64,000 nucleotides of DNA from a candidate division WOR-3 bacterium (GTDB taxonomy: Bacteria > Hydrothermota > Hydrothermia > B15-G9), in the NCBI GenBank assembly GCA_015489175.1, contig WGAI01000053.1, forward strand, positions 9,519 to 73,518, read 5' to 3'. A program made the position numbers and the translations under genes. The notes under the pieces are model-generated. The model searched no databases. It was not told where the DNA came from and worked only from the letters and a program-made list of their open reading frames with translations. This document shows positions 19,289-28,604 of this stretch, one piece after another (position 1 is the stretch's first letter; every line of letters starts with the position of its first letter).

Positions 19289-19747
19289 CTAAGTTTTTAT
19301 GCCATTCAGAAGCTCGATCATGGTTTTTCCGAAAACAGGATGCACCAGATCGGGCGCAATCTCGCTCAACGGCTTCAGGACAAAATACCTATTGACCATA
19401 TCCGGATGCGGGATTTTGAGCCGTGGGGTATCGATCACGACGGAATTGTAAAGTAGTATGTCAAGGTCGATTGTTCGCGGTCCCCACCTGATGCTCCGTT
19501 TCCTGCCGAGCATATTTTCTATGAACTGCAAAGCGTTCAAAAGATGCAGTGGAGAGTAAAAGGTCTCAACATGAGTGACACAGTTGAGAAACAGTGGTTG
19601 TTCTGTGTATCCGTAAGGTTTTGTCTCGATTATGCTTGAGACCCGGATCACGGTTATGCCAAACTCACGCATAAGTTCGATACCTTTACGGATATAAGCC
19701 TCGCGGTCACCGAGATTGGAACCTATTCCGATGTAAACTTCTGCCAA
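19289..19747 (-). CDS. folK: 2-amino-4-hydroxy-6-hydroxymethyldihydropteridine pyrophosphokinase
   Basis: 152 aa. N-terminus AEVYIGIGSNLGDRE, internal TIDLDILLY, and C-terminal HP motif. Overlaps folP by 25 nt. Confidence 0.85.
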   Translation of the reverse strand: MAEVYIGIGSNLGDREAYIRKGIELMREFGITVIRVSSIIETKPYGYTEQPLFLNCVTHVETFYSPLHLLNALQFIENMLGRKRSIRWGPRTIDLDILLYNSVVIDTPRLKIPHPDMVNRYFVLKPLSEIAPDLVHPVFGKTMIELLNGIKT

Positions 19748-20574
19748 TTTTTGATAGCCTCCACCATCTTAACAGCCATGACATTGGACTTAACATCGTG
19801 CACGCGAATGATATCAACCCCTTTCATGGCGCAATATGCCGAGATCGCTATCGTCCCCTCAAGTCGTTGTTCGGGCGGGACATTTCCGAGCACCATGCCT
19901 ATCATCGACTTCCGAGAAGCGCCGATGAGTATTGGCAACCCGAATTCATCTCGAAATCGCTCTATTTCGTTCAAAATCCTCAAGTTGTGCCACAGCTTTT
20001 TGCCAAACCCTATGCCCGGGTCGAGAATGATTTTGCTTCTGTCGATCCCATTCCCGACAGCATAATCTATCCGCCTGCGGAAATAGTCAGTTATCTCAGC
20101 AATCACATCCTCGTATTTCGGATTTACCTGCATGTCTTTAGGCGTCCCTTTTATGTGCATAATCACGCCATAACTTCCGAACTCGGCGACAACTTTGGCC
20201 ATTTCGGGGTCGAATTGCATGCCAGAAATATCGTTTACGATGTCAGCTCCTGCCTCAAGTGCCTGTCTTGCAACAGCTGACTTGTAGGTATCGACCGATA
20301 TCAGGATGTCTGGGAAGCGAACTCTTATCGCCTTCACGACAGGTACAACGCGTTGGAGCTCAACCTCAAGCGGCACAGGTTCAGCTCCGGGCCTCGTCGA
20401 CTCACCGCCGACATCGATGATGTCTGCCCCCTCAGAGATCATTTGTTCCACACGCTGTATCGCCATATCCATCGAGACATAACGCCCCCCGTCGTAAAAC
20501 GAGTCGGGAGTTACATTCAAAATGCCCATCACATAAGTTCTGTGTCCGAATTTCAGGTCACGGTCCATATTCAC
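19723..20574 (-). CDS. folP: Dihydropteroate synthase
   Basis: 283 aa. Pterin-binding motifs GILNVTPDSFYDGG and DIIDVGGESTRPGAEP. Confidence 0.9.
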   Translation of the reverse strand: MNMDRDLKFGHRTYVMGILNVTPDSFYDGGRYVSMDMAIQRVEQMISEGADIIDVGGESTRPGAEPVPLEVELQRVVPVVKAIRVRFPDILISVDTYKSAVARQALEAGADIVNDISGMQFDPEMAKVVAEFGSYGVIMHIKGTPKDMQVNPKYEDVIAEITDYFRRRIDYAVGNGIDRSKIILDPGIGFGKKLWHNLRILNEIERFRDEFGLPILIGASRKSMIGMVLGNVPPEQRLEGTIAISAYCAMKGVDIIRVHDVKSNVMAVKMVEAIKNWQKFTSE

Positions 20575-20655
20575 CTCCCTGCCATATTATCGTTTCGGGA
20601 TGTCTAATTGCAAAATGCAAAAATGCAGCAAAGAACTTACTTCCAACTAAATAAT

Positions 20656-20684
20656 TTGCATCCAAGGTGTTAAAGTATTAAAAT
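20656..20684 (+). promoter_or_regulatory. Candidate promoter for pilin gene (TTGCAT-17-TAAAAT)
   Basis: -35 TTGCAT at 20656-61, -10 TAAAAT at 20679-84. Preceded by the TGCAAAA TGCAAAAA TGCAGCAAAG direct repeats (20612-20636). Confidence 0.35.
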
Positions 20685-20750
20685 TCTGTCATATTTGTCT
20701 CTGGCATGAAATTTGACATTATAAACCAACCGCCCGAAGGAGGAATCACA

Positions 20751-21269
20751 ATGATTAGAAAGTGGAAGATAGGATTTACTTTGATAGAGTTAATGATGGT
20801 TATGGTTTTAATCGGCATTCTTGCTGTGATAGGGTTGCACCAATTCAAGATTTTCAGATACAAATCCCACAGAACAGAAGCACTTACCAATCTCGACGGA
20901 ATAAGGGTGCATGAACTTACTTTCATGGCAGAAGAGGGATATTTTTTGACAAGCTCATGGTGTCCAGATACAACACCCGGTCCCATTCCCCACAAATGGA
21001 CATCGGGAACCAACTTCGACAAACTGGGGTTTAGTCCACAGGGCAACCCCTATTATGTTTATGGAGTAGGCGGTTATCCAGATGAAGGTGTTGATGATCC
21101 TTACTGGATAGACAACCCCATAGATAGCATAGCTGTTGCACATGACGGAAAACACAACATCGCTATGGAAGCGCGAGGTGACATAGACGGCAACGGCGTA
21201 GAAAATAAAATGTTATTAACGGAAGAGCCACCTGGCGAAGTTAAGAATCTTAATCCTACAGAATTTTAA
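20751..21269 (+). CDS. Type IV pilin / pseudopilin (prepilin-type N-terminal cleavage/methylation domain)
   Basis: Class III signal MIRKWKIGFTLIELMMVMVLIGILA (G|FTLIE with Glu at +5). Strong RBS GAAGGAGG 7 nt upstream of the ATG at 20751. Confidence 0.7.
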   Translation: MIRKWKIGFTLIELMMVMVLIGILAVIGLHQFKIFRYKSHRTEALTNLDGIRVHELTFMAEEGYFLTSSWCPDTTPGPIPHKWTSGTNFDKLGFSPQGNPYYVYGVGGYPDEGVDDPYWIDNPIDSIAVAHDGKHNIAMEARGDIDGNGVENKMLLTEEPPGEVKNLNPTEF

Positions 21270-21273
21270 GAAT

Positions 21274-22473
21274 TTAGTCTTCTGGAGAAATGTTCTTGGG
21301 CTTTATTTCCCCCGCTTTTGTAAGTGCGAATTTCGTGAGGATTGGGCCTATTAATTCATAGACCACTGTTGTTGCTACGATCGTGTCGAAAATTGTCCCA
21401 CCAAACTCAGGGAAGTCAGCTTTGGCTATCAAAGCTACTCCAAGAGCGACACCTGCTTGAGGCACAAGCGCAAACCCCATGTATTTTCTGACATTAGCCG
21501 GCGCGCCGGACAGTAGCCCGCCGATAGCTGCACCAACGGCTTTTCCCGTGACCCTCGCCACAAGGTAGGTAAGCCCTATGAGTCCTATATGTTTTAGAGA
21601 GGCCAGTTCGAGGTTCGCGCCTGCAAGCACAAAAAACAGCAGGTAAAGTGGCGATTCTATCGACCTTATGGACTCGAAATAGCGCTGACTGGTGCCTTTC
21701 ATATTGACAAGTGTGGCTCCAAGCGCCATCGACGATAGGAGAATGGAAAATTTCAGGTGAATCGCAAGACCTATCACTGTGAGGATAAACCCGAGTGTGT
21801 AAATCTGGGCACCAACAGCAGATTTCACGCTTGAGGAAAGTTTGTTGAAAATGACTCCCGCAACCGTTCCAAGTGCAAGTGCTCCGAATATCTCGATTAT
21901 AGCCTTCAACAAGGATGTCAGCAGGAACGAGCCGCCGACATGAGCCGCGAGTGCACGCGCAGCAGCAAGTGATATCGAAAATATCATTAAACACCATGCA
22001 TCATCGATGGCCACCACTCCCAACAGGATATTCGTGAAAACCCCTTTCGCGCGGTATTCTCTTATCACCATAACGGTGGCAGCTGGAGCTGTGGCTGACG
22101 CAATTGCTCCAAACAAAAGGGAAATGTAGAGTTCCTTTCCCAACAGAAAATGAAACACAAGCGTTACGGTTATCCATGCACCCGCTGCTTCCATTATCGA
22201 AATCAGAATGATGGACCTGCCAAGTTTCCTGAACCTCTCCATCGAGAAGTTTTGACCTATGGCAAACGCAATCAGCCCAAGCACGAGGTTTGAGATGAAA
22301 CTTGACGCAGAGAGGATGTGCGGTGAAACCAGGTTCAGGATCTCTTCGCCTATGATGATACCAAGAAGCAAATCCCCTGTAACGGTGGGGATTTTCAGGA
22401 CATTTATGAGTTTCAGAACTCCATAACCTGAGAGAAAGATTATTCCCAGACTAAGAATAGGATCTAAGTGCAA
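21274..22473 (-). CDS. Monovalent cation:proton antiporter (CPA family, Na+/H+ or K+/H+ exchanger)
   Basis: 399 aa with 11-12 TM helices. Na_H_Exchanger-like architecture. Confidence 0.65.
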   Translation of the reverse strand: MHLDPILSLGIIFLSGYGVLKLINVLKIPTVTGDLLLGIIIGEEILNLVSPHILSASSFISNLVLGLIAFAIGQNFSMERFRKLGRSIILISIMEAAGAWITVTLVFHFLLGKELYISLLFGAIASATAPAATVMVIREYRAKGVFTNILLGVVAIDDAWCLMIFSISLAAARALAAHVGGSFLLTSLLKAIIEIFGALALGTVAGVIFNKLSSSVKSAVGAQIYTLGFILTVIGLAIHLKFSILLSSMALGATLVNMKGTSQRYFESIRSIESPLYLLFFVLAGANLELASLKHIGLIGLTYLVARVTGKAVGAAIGGLLSGAPANVRKYMGFALVPQAGVALGVALIAKADFPEFGGTIFDTIVATTVVYELIGPILTKFALTKAGEIKPKNISPED

Positions 22474-22474
22474 T

Positions 22475-22945
22475 TTAGAATATCCCCTTTTCCTTGAACA
22501 CCTGCAAAACTATGTCAAAGATACCGAGCATACCGACCAACTTGCCATCCTCATCGATCACAGGGAGTTGCTGAACCTTATGCATTCTAATAAGCTGGTA
22601 AGCCTTTTCAATGCTGTCATCCTGTTTCAAAGCGATGAAATTGTGATCCATGATGTCTTCAACAACGATCAGACTGCCCATCTCGGGCGCAAGGTCAACC
22701 GAGAAGATGTCTTCCTCCCAGAACTCATCCATGAATGGTGCCATTTTTATGATCTCAGGGTTGTAAGGTAGAAAAACATCGATAATGTTCTGAAGTCTCA
22801 CCATCCCTACGAGCTTCTGTCCGTTATCGACGACCGGCACGAGAGGAAAGGTATGGAAGGTGGAAAATCTATTCAAAAGCTCTCTTAGCGGTGTATCCAC
22901 TGTTACATAAATCACATTTGTGAACATCAGTTCCTGAACCTTCAT
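22475..22945 (-). CDS. CBS-domain pair protein (probable regulatory partner of the antiporter)
   Basis: 156 aa. Two CBS motifs (VIYVTVDTPL..., HNFIALKQDDSIEKAYQLIRMHKVQQLPVIDEDGKLVGML). Starts 2 nt after the antiporter stop. Confidence 0.7.
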   Translation of the reverse strand: MKVQELMFTNVIYVTVDTPLRELLNRFSTFHTFPLVPVVDNGQKLVGMVRLQNIIDVFLPYNPEIIKMAPFMDEFWEEDIFSVDLAPEMGSLIVVEDIMDHNFIALKQDDSIEKAYQLIRMHKVQQLPVIDEDGKLVGMLGIFDIVLQVFKEKGIF

Positions 22946-23365
22946 CTCTTCACCTCGCTTTTTCCCGATTTTATTTTAAATTTACAGAAACAGACATGGT
23001 TAATCAAACATGAAGAGAAATCCTTTTTTAAAATTTAAAACCCCTGTCGGGGCACTTAAGAGTACCCTAATCAACAGGAGATGAAAAAATGAACATCACA
23101 ATGTCCTTCAATGAGGAAATTAAACAAGGTATCCGGAAGAAGTGAGGAAATACATTTGCACTACGAATGTAGTGGAGAGCATAAATGCCGGGCTTGAGCT
23201 GATGAGGATGGAGTTTGGCGGCTACTTTCCCTCGATGAAGTAATCTTTTGTTCAGCTAAGCAATTTAAACGACCTATGCATGCGTAATCCCGCTCCGAAG
23301 ATAAGAGCAAATATTTATCGGATACACCAGTTAATGAACATAAAAATTTGGGGTTGAGGAACAAG

Positions 23366-24244
23366 ATGAATGATTACACAATTTTTCGCTATACCCCCAC
23401 CCACGGCAAGTGGACAATTGGAAACATCTCCAACAAAATTTGTGGGATGTTAAGTACATTGATTTTGCAATACCACAAGGTCACCAACCGATTTGAGGTC
23501 GGCGGAACCCATGTCACAGTCAAACAATTCAGAAATCATGTGAATCAGATTAAATCATTGGGCTACAAGCAGCTTGATGTTGAGTTACTTAAATCAGGCG
23601 AGATGCCGAATGAGCCTTCGGTTCTGTTTACATTTGACGATGGGTTCGAATGCATATACTTCAACGCGTTTCCCATACTTGAAGAAGCCGGCTATGTGGG
23701 GATAGTTTTCCCGGTGGCGCGCTACATTGGGAAAACCAACGATTGGGACGCATCTTTCGGCATAAGGTTCAGGCAGATGGACTCACATCAGCTTCGTGAG
23801 TTGGTCGATGCAGGCTGGTGGGTTGGTTCTCACACCATGACACATCCCGACCTAAGAAAATTGGACGATAAACGGCTGATGAATGAGCTTGAAGGCTCGA
23901 GGAAGCTTCTGGAGGACATCATAGGCAAATCGGTGACATCCATCGCGTATCCTTTCGGGACTTACAACAGACGAGTCGTCGAATTTGCTATCAAATACGG
24001 GTATCAGCTCGGCTTTACATCGAGGAGGACGCTGAGGTTGCAACTGGACGACCCCATGCAAATTGAACGGCAAGGCGTCTATCTCATCGACCTGTCATTG
24101 ATGCCCAAGATTGACACATCATCGCCGATCTTCATGATGGAATCCGTCAAGCAGATAACCATCAACCAGTTCGCAAGATTGAGCTCACTTGCAAGACACG
24201 ACATACCGATAATCAGACACATTTCCGGAATGAAAGTCGAGTGA
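23366..24244 (+). CDS. Polysaccharide deacetylase (NodB-homology, CE4 family)
   Basis: NodB motifs TFDDGF and HTMTHPDL. Start placed at ATG 23366 (RBS GAGG). The track ORF begins at an upstream TTG. Confidence 0.7.
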   Translation: MNDYTIFRYTPTHGKWTIGNISNKICGMLSTLILQYHKVTNRFEVGGTHVTVKQFRNHVNQIKSLGYKQLDVELLKSGEMPNEPSVLFTFDDGFECIYFNAFPILEEAGYVGIVFPVARYIGKTNDWDASFGIRFRQMDSHQLRELVDAGWWVGSHTMTHPDLRKLDDKRLMNELEGSRKLLEDIIGKSVTSIAYPFGTYNRRVVEFAIKYGYQLGFTSRRTLRLQLDDPMQIERQGVYLIDLSLMPKIDTSSPIFMMESVKQITINQFARLSSLARHDIPIIRHISGMKVE

Positions 24245-24409
24245 TTGAGCTCTATCAGAGTGAGAAGGAGAACCATCCGTCACAATGCCCCCTGAAATAC
24301 GCTATTACCTTTTAAATCAGCCACTTGTGCCACACCAACCGAGCTTGACCCTGTAACTTCAAATCGTTTAGAATTCGACCCTCAAATCCCTCAAAAAGGA
24401 GAAAAGGCA

Positions 24410-25738
24410 ATGGAAAGACCCGAAATCAGGACAGAACTTCCAGGCCCAAAGGCTCAGGAGTGGCTGAAAAAGGACAAGCTGTTCATATCTCAATCCTACC
24501 CAAGAAGTTATCCGGCAGTCATAGAGAAAGGCGAAGGCGTCTGGGTTTGGGATGTGGACGGTAACAAATTCCTGGATGTCAACGCCGGCATAGCCGTCTG
24601 CGCGGTGGGACACTGTCATCCTGAGGTAGTTGCGGCGATCAAGGAGCAAGCGGACAAGTTGATTCACATGTCTGGCACAGATTTCTATTACCCCTATCAG
24701 GTTCAGATAGCCGAAAAGCTTGCTGAAATCGTGCCCGGCGCACAGAACAAGCGCGCATTCCTCACCAACTCAGGCACAGAAGCCAACGAAGCTGCGATGA
24801 AGCTTGCGCGTTATAAAACCAGAAGGCCGTTTTTCCTCGCATTTACGGGGGCGTTTCACGGTAGAACTTACGGAACGATGTCGCTCTCGGCATCGAAGTA
24901 TGTCCACAAGAGCCATTTCGGGCCGTTCGTGCCACATGTGATACATGTCCCATTCCCCGATCCGTATCGCACGCCGTTTGGCGTCAAAAAGGAAGAAGTG
25001 GTCGATGCCGTCCTCTCTTACATTGAAGATGTCGTGTTTCACAAACTTGTCGATCCTGAGGATGTCGCAGCGGTCTTCTACGAACCCATACAGGGCGAGG
25101 GAGGCTATGTCGTGCCTCCAAAGGATTTTTACGGCAAATTGAAGGAGCTCACCGACAGGTATGGCATCCTCACGGTGGTGGACGAGATCCAATCCGGTAT
25201 GGGGCGCACAGGCCGCATGTTCGCCATCGAGCATTTCAATGTCATACCTGATATTGTGACAATCGCGAAAGGCATAGCATCAGGGTTGCCTCTTGGCGCA
25301 ATGGTGGCACCAAGATCGCTCATGGACTGGGAAGTTGGAACCCATGCAAACACATTCGGCGGCAACCCCATAGCGTGCATGGCAGCGCTCAAAACGATCG
25401 AAATTCTTGAGCGTGAGGCAATTGAAAACGCCGAGAAGATGGGCGAGTTCCTGCTTGGGGAGCTGAAAAAGGTTCAGGAGCGCTATCCTGAGGTCATCGG
25501 CGATGTGCGCGGGATAGGGCTGATGATAGGTGTCGATTTCGTCAAGGACAGGGAGACGAAGGAGCCAGATGGCAAACTCAGGGACAAAGTCGTTTATGAG
25601 GCGTTCAAGAGGGGACTTCTGATGCTTGGCGCTGGTGATTCTGTCATCAGATGGGCACCTCCTCTCATTATCACAAAGGAGCAGTTGACCGTCGCCCTTG
25701 AGATCTTCGACGAGGCGATAGGTGCCGCTCTCGGTTGA
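24410..25738 (+). CDS. Class III PLP-dependent aminotransferase (4-aminobutyrate / omega-amino acid transaminase-like)
   Basis: 442 aa. Motifs FLDVNAGIAVCAVGHCHP and DEIQSGMGRTGRMFA, with the Schiff-base Lys in TIAKGIASG. Confidence 0.8.
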   Translation: MERPEIRTELPGPKAQEWLKKDKLFISQSYPRSYPAVIEKGEGVWVWDVDGNKFLDVNAGIAVCAVGHCHPEVVAAIKEQADKLIHMSGTDFYYPYQVQIAEKLAEIVPGAQNKRAFLTNSGTEANEAAMKLARYKTRRPFFLAFTGAFHGRTYGTMSLSASKYVHKSHFGPFVPHVIHVPFPDPYRTPFGVKKEEVVDAVLSYIEDVVFHKLVDPEDVAAVFYEPIQGEGGYVVPPKDFYGKLKELTDRYGILTVVDEIQSGMGRTGRMFAIEHFNVIPDIVTIAKGIASGLPLGAMVAPRSLMDWEVGTHANTFGGNPIACMAALKTIEILEREAIENAEKMGEFLLGELKKVQERYPEVIGDVRGIGLMIGVDFVKDRETKEPDGKLRDKVVYEAFKRGLLMLGAGDSVIRWAPPLIITKEQLTVALEIFDEAIGAALG

Positions 25739-25794
25739 TATGCTCAATGCATAGAGGTGGGCGTAAGCCCGCCTCTTTGATCCGGGAGAAAGAT

Positions 25795-26772
25795 ATGAAG
25801 GTATTTGTAACAAGGCCAATTCCAGAAGTCGGGCTCAGAATTCTGAAAGAAGCCGGTCTTGAGGTAGTCGTCAGGGAAAGCGACCTGCCCCCGTCAGAGG
25901 AGGAGCTTATCGAAGGCGTGAGAGACGCCAATGCGTTGCTCTGCCTCCTGACCGATAAAGTCACGGAGAGGGTGATCGAAAGCGGCAAGAAGCTCAGGAT
26001 CATCTCGAACTACGCCGTCGGATACGACAACATCGATGTTGAGGCGGCATCCAGACACGGGATAATCGTCACCAACACGCCCGGCGTCCTGACCGATGCC
26101 ACAGCCGAGCTTGCATGGGCGCTCCTGTTCGCAGTGGCACGCAGAATTGTTGAGGCAGACAGGTTCGCACGCATGGGGAAGTTCAAAGGCTGGCATCCTA
26201 CACTCCTGCTCGGTTTTGAACTTAAGGGGAAAACGCTCGGAATTATTGGTGCAGGCAGAATTGGCACGGCTATGGCATTGAAATCAATGGGATTCGAGAT
26301 GCGGATCATCTATTTCTCAAGACACCACAACGAAACGCTTGAGAAGAAAGTTGGAGCTCAAAAGGTAGCGTTGGATGAGCTTCTCAGTTCGTCGGATTTC
26401 ATCTCAATCCATGTGCCGCTGACTGATGAAACATACCATCTCATAGGTAAAAGGGAGATAGAACTGATGAAACCGACTGCCATCCTGATCAACACATCTC
26501 GCGGTGCCGTCATAGACGAAAAGGCTCTCATCGAGGCGTTGAAGGAAGGGAAAATTGCGGGTGCCGGCCTCGATGTGTTTGAAAACGAGCCTCATATCCC
26601 TGAAGCACTCAGGAAGATGGACAATGTGGTCATCACGCCCCACATCGGGAGTGCGACCTACAGGGCCAGGGAGGAAATGGCGGTCATGGCCGCCAGAGCC
26701 ATCGTCGATGTGCTCAACAACCGCATTCCTCAACACATCGTCAATGAAAAGGACATTCTGGAGTGTTGTTGA
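25795..26772 (+). CDS. D-isomer-specific 2-hydroxyacid dehydrogenase (glyoxylate/hydroxypyruvate reductase-like)
   Basis: NAD motif GIIGAGRIGTAMA. Catalytic R/E/H triad context (NTSRGAVIDE...HIGSAT). Start at MKVFVTRPIPE (ATG 25795). Confidence 0.8.
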   Translation: MKVFVTRPIPEVGLRILKEAGLEVVVRESDLPPSEEELIEGVRDANALLCLLTDKVTERVIESGKKLRIISNYAVGYDNIDVEAASRHGIIVTNTPGVLTDATAELAWALLFAVARRIVEADRFARMGKFKGWHPTLLLGFELKGKTLGIIGAGRIGTAMALKSMGFEMRIIYFSRHHNETLEKKVGAQKVALDELLSSSDFISIHVPLTDETYHLIGKREIELMKPTAILINTSRGAVIDEKALIEALKEGKIAGAGLDVFENEPHIPEALRKMDNVVITPHIGSATYRAREEMAVMAARAIVDVLNNRIPQHIVNEKDILECC

Positions 26773-26774
26773 GC

Positions 26775-28604
26775 TCAAGCCCTGACCCTCCTGCTGAGGA
26801 GCAGAATGTCTCTTAGATCTTCCACATCCCGTGCGTTAAGCCAGATATCTTCAAAATTCGGATTCCCGACGATCTGCGCTATCGCGGCAAGCGCTTGAAG
26901 GTGGAACTGCCGCTCGTCGCGCGTGCCTACCAGAAAGAAGATGGCCTTAACCTCAGGCGCTGTTTCTGAGAAATAGACGCCATTCAGCGCTCGGACGACC
27001 ACCATGCTAAACTTCTTTTCTCCGTCGATCACAACATGGGGTATAGCTATGAACGGGGTTATGGCCGTGCTGCTCTCCTTCTCCCTTTTCTCAAGCATGC
27101 GAAACAGTTCATCGAAATCCAAGCCTGACTCCAATGCCATCTCAGCTGCCACCCTTCGGAAAAGCTCCAGCTTGCTAATTTTCCCTTTGATGTCCAGTAT
27201 CTTCGATTTCTTCACCAACCTATCAAACCTGTCTTCAACGATTTCGTCCCGCTCGATGATTATCTCCATGAGCTCGTTCTCAAGCGTCCTCACAGCTATC
27301 TTCTTGTCCGTTATTCTGGCTATTAGGTGCAGAAGTGCGAACTCACGCTTGTGCTTTCCACCGTATTTCATGTAAAACACGAGGCCAAGTGCACCTATGC
27401 CGATAGTTATCAAGATAGATTCGAGCCCCATCTCAATGACCATGGTCAAATATCCGGCCAGCCCAATAATTTGTATGTATGGGAACAGCGGAGCCCGGAA
27501 TTGAGGCCGATAGTTGGTTATTCCACTGAACCTCATTATCAAAAGGGACAGGCACGCAAAAGCATACGAAAGGATGAGCACAGACGACGCAGCTTTGACA
27601 AAGGGCTTGAGCGGCATCAGCAATGAGCCCAGGATAAGTGCACCGGTCAGGAGAACAGACACAAACGGCACGCCAAAACGGTTGAGTCTCCCGATAACTG
27701 TCGGAAGGAGGCCGTCCCTGCTCAAGGCAAACGGGTATCGTGCGGCCGCCATGATGCCTGCGTTGGCAGTGGAGACGAAAGCCAGAACTGCGGCGACACC
27801 TATCAGTTTTTGCCCCAGGCTACCGAGCACCACAGCCGCCCCATCGGTTATGGGCGTCAACGAATTGGCGAGTTTGTCACCTAACACTCCCACGGTCGTC
27901 AAAATCACAAGGAAATACAGCGAGACCACTACAAAGAAGGAGATAAACATGCCCAGAGGTATGTTTTTGCCCGGATTTTTCACCTCCTCGGCTACACTGG
28001 CAACCTTGAGGAGGCCGCCATAGGATATGAACACCATGCCAGCCGTAGAGATGATGCCTTTCAGTCCATCAAAGGCGAACGGCTCAAAATTTGTCACACG
28101 CACATCCTGAATCCCTTCAAAGATGTAAAGCAGTAGTAGGCCCAGCATTGAGACGACGAGTATCTTCTGAATGAGACTTGCCTCTTTAGCGCCCAGTATG
28201 TTCAACGCCACAAAAACGGCGGTCAGAGCGATAGCCGCAACATGCATGTTTATAGGGACAATGAGCTCGAGAAATGTGGCCATGCCGATAAGTGCGAATG
28301 CGCTTTTGAACGAAAGGGACGCCCATGTCAACAATCCGCTGACGGTGCCGGCAGCAGGCCCAAGCGTCCTCGTGACATAGAAATAGTCACCACCCGCCCT
28401 CGGCATAGCCGAAATCAATTCCGCCTGACTCAACATGCCTGCTACAGCTAACAGTCCCGCAAAAAAGTAAGACAGGAAAACAGATGGCCCTGCTCTGGCA
28501 TACGCCATCCCCGGCAGGATGAACAGCCCAGAGCTTATCATCGCGCCTGTGGCTATGGCAAAGACACTCCAGAGTCCCAATTCCCTTTTGAGCTTATTTT
28601 TCAT
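26775..28604 (-). CDS. APC-superfamily amino acid permease with C-terminal cytoplasmic regulatory domain
   Basis: 609 aa. About 12 TM helices, then a hydrophilic C-terminal extension of about 170 aa. Confidence 0.65.
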   Translation of the reverse strand: MKNKLKRELGLWSVFAIATGAMISSGLFILPGMAYARAGPSVFLSYFFAGLLAVAGMLSQAELISAMPRAGGDYFYVTRTLGPAAGTVSGLLTWASLSFKSAFALIGMATFLELIVPINMHVAAIALTAVFVALNILGAKEASLIQKILVVSMLGLLLLYIFEGIQDVRVTNFEPFAFDGLKGIISTAGMVFISYGGLLKVASVAEEVKNPGKNIPLGMFISFFVVVSLYFLVILTTVGVLGDKLANSLTPITDGAAVVLGSLGQKLIGVAAVLAFVSTANAGIMAAARYPFALSRDGLLPTVIGRLNRFGVPFVSVLLTGALILGSLLMPLKPFVKAASSVLILSYAFACLSLLIMRFSGITNYRPQFRAPLFPYIQIIGLAGYLTMVIEMGLESILITIGIGALGLVFYMKYGGKHKREFALLHLIARITDKKIAVRTLENELMEIIIERDEIVEDRFDRLVKKSKILDIKGKISKLELFRRVAAEMALESGLDFDELFRMLEKREKESSTAITPFIAIPHVVIDGEKKFSMVVVRALNGVYFSETAPEVKAIFFLVGTRDERQFHLQALAAIAQIVGNPNFEDIWLNARDVEDLRDILLLSRRVRA

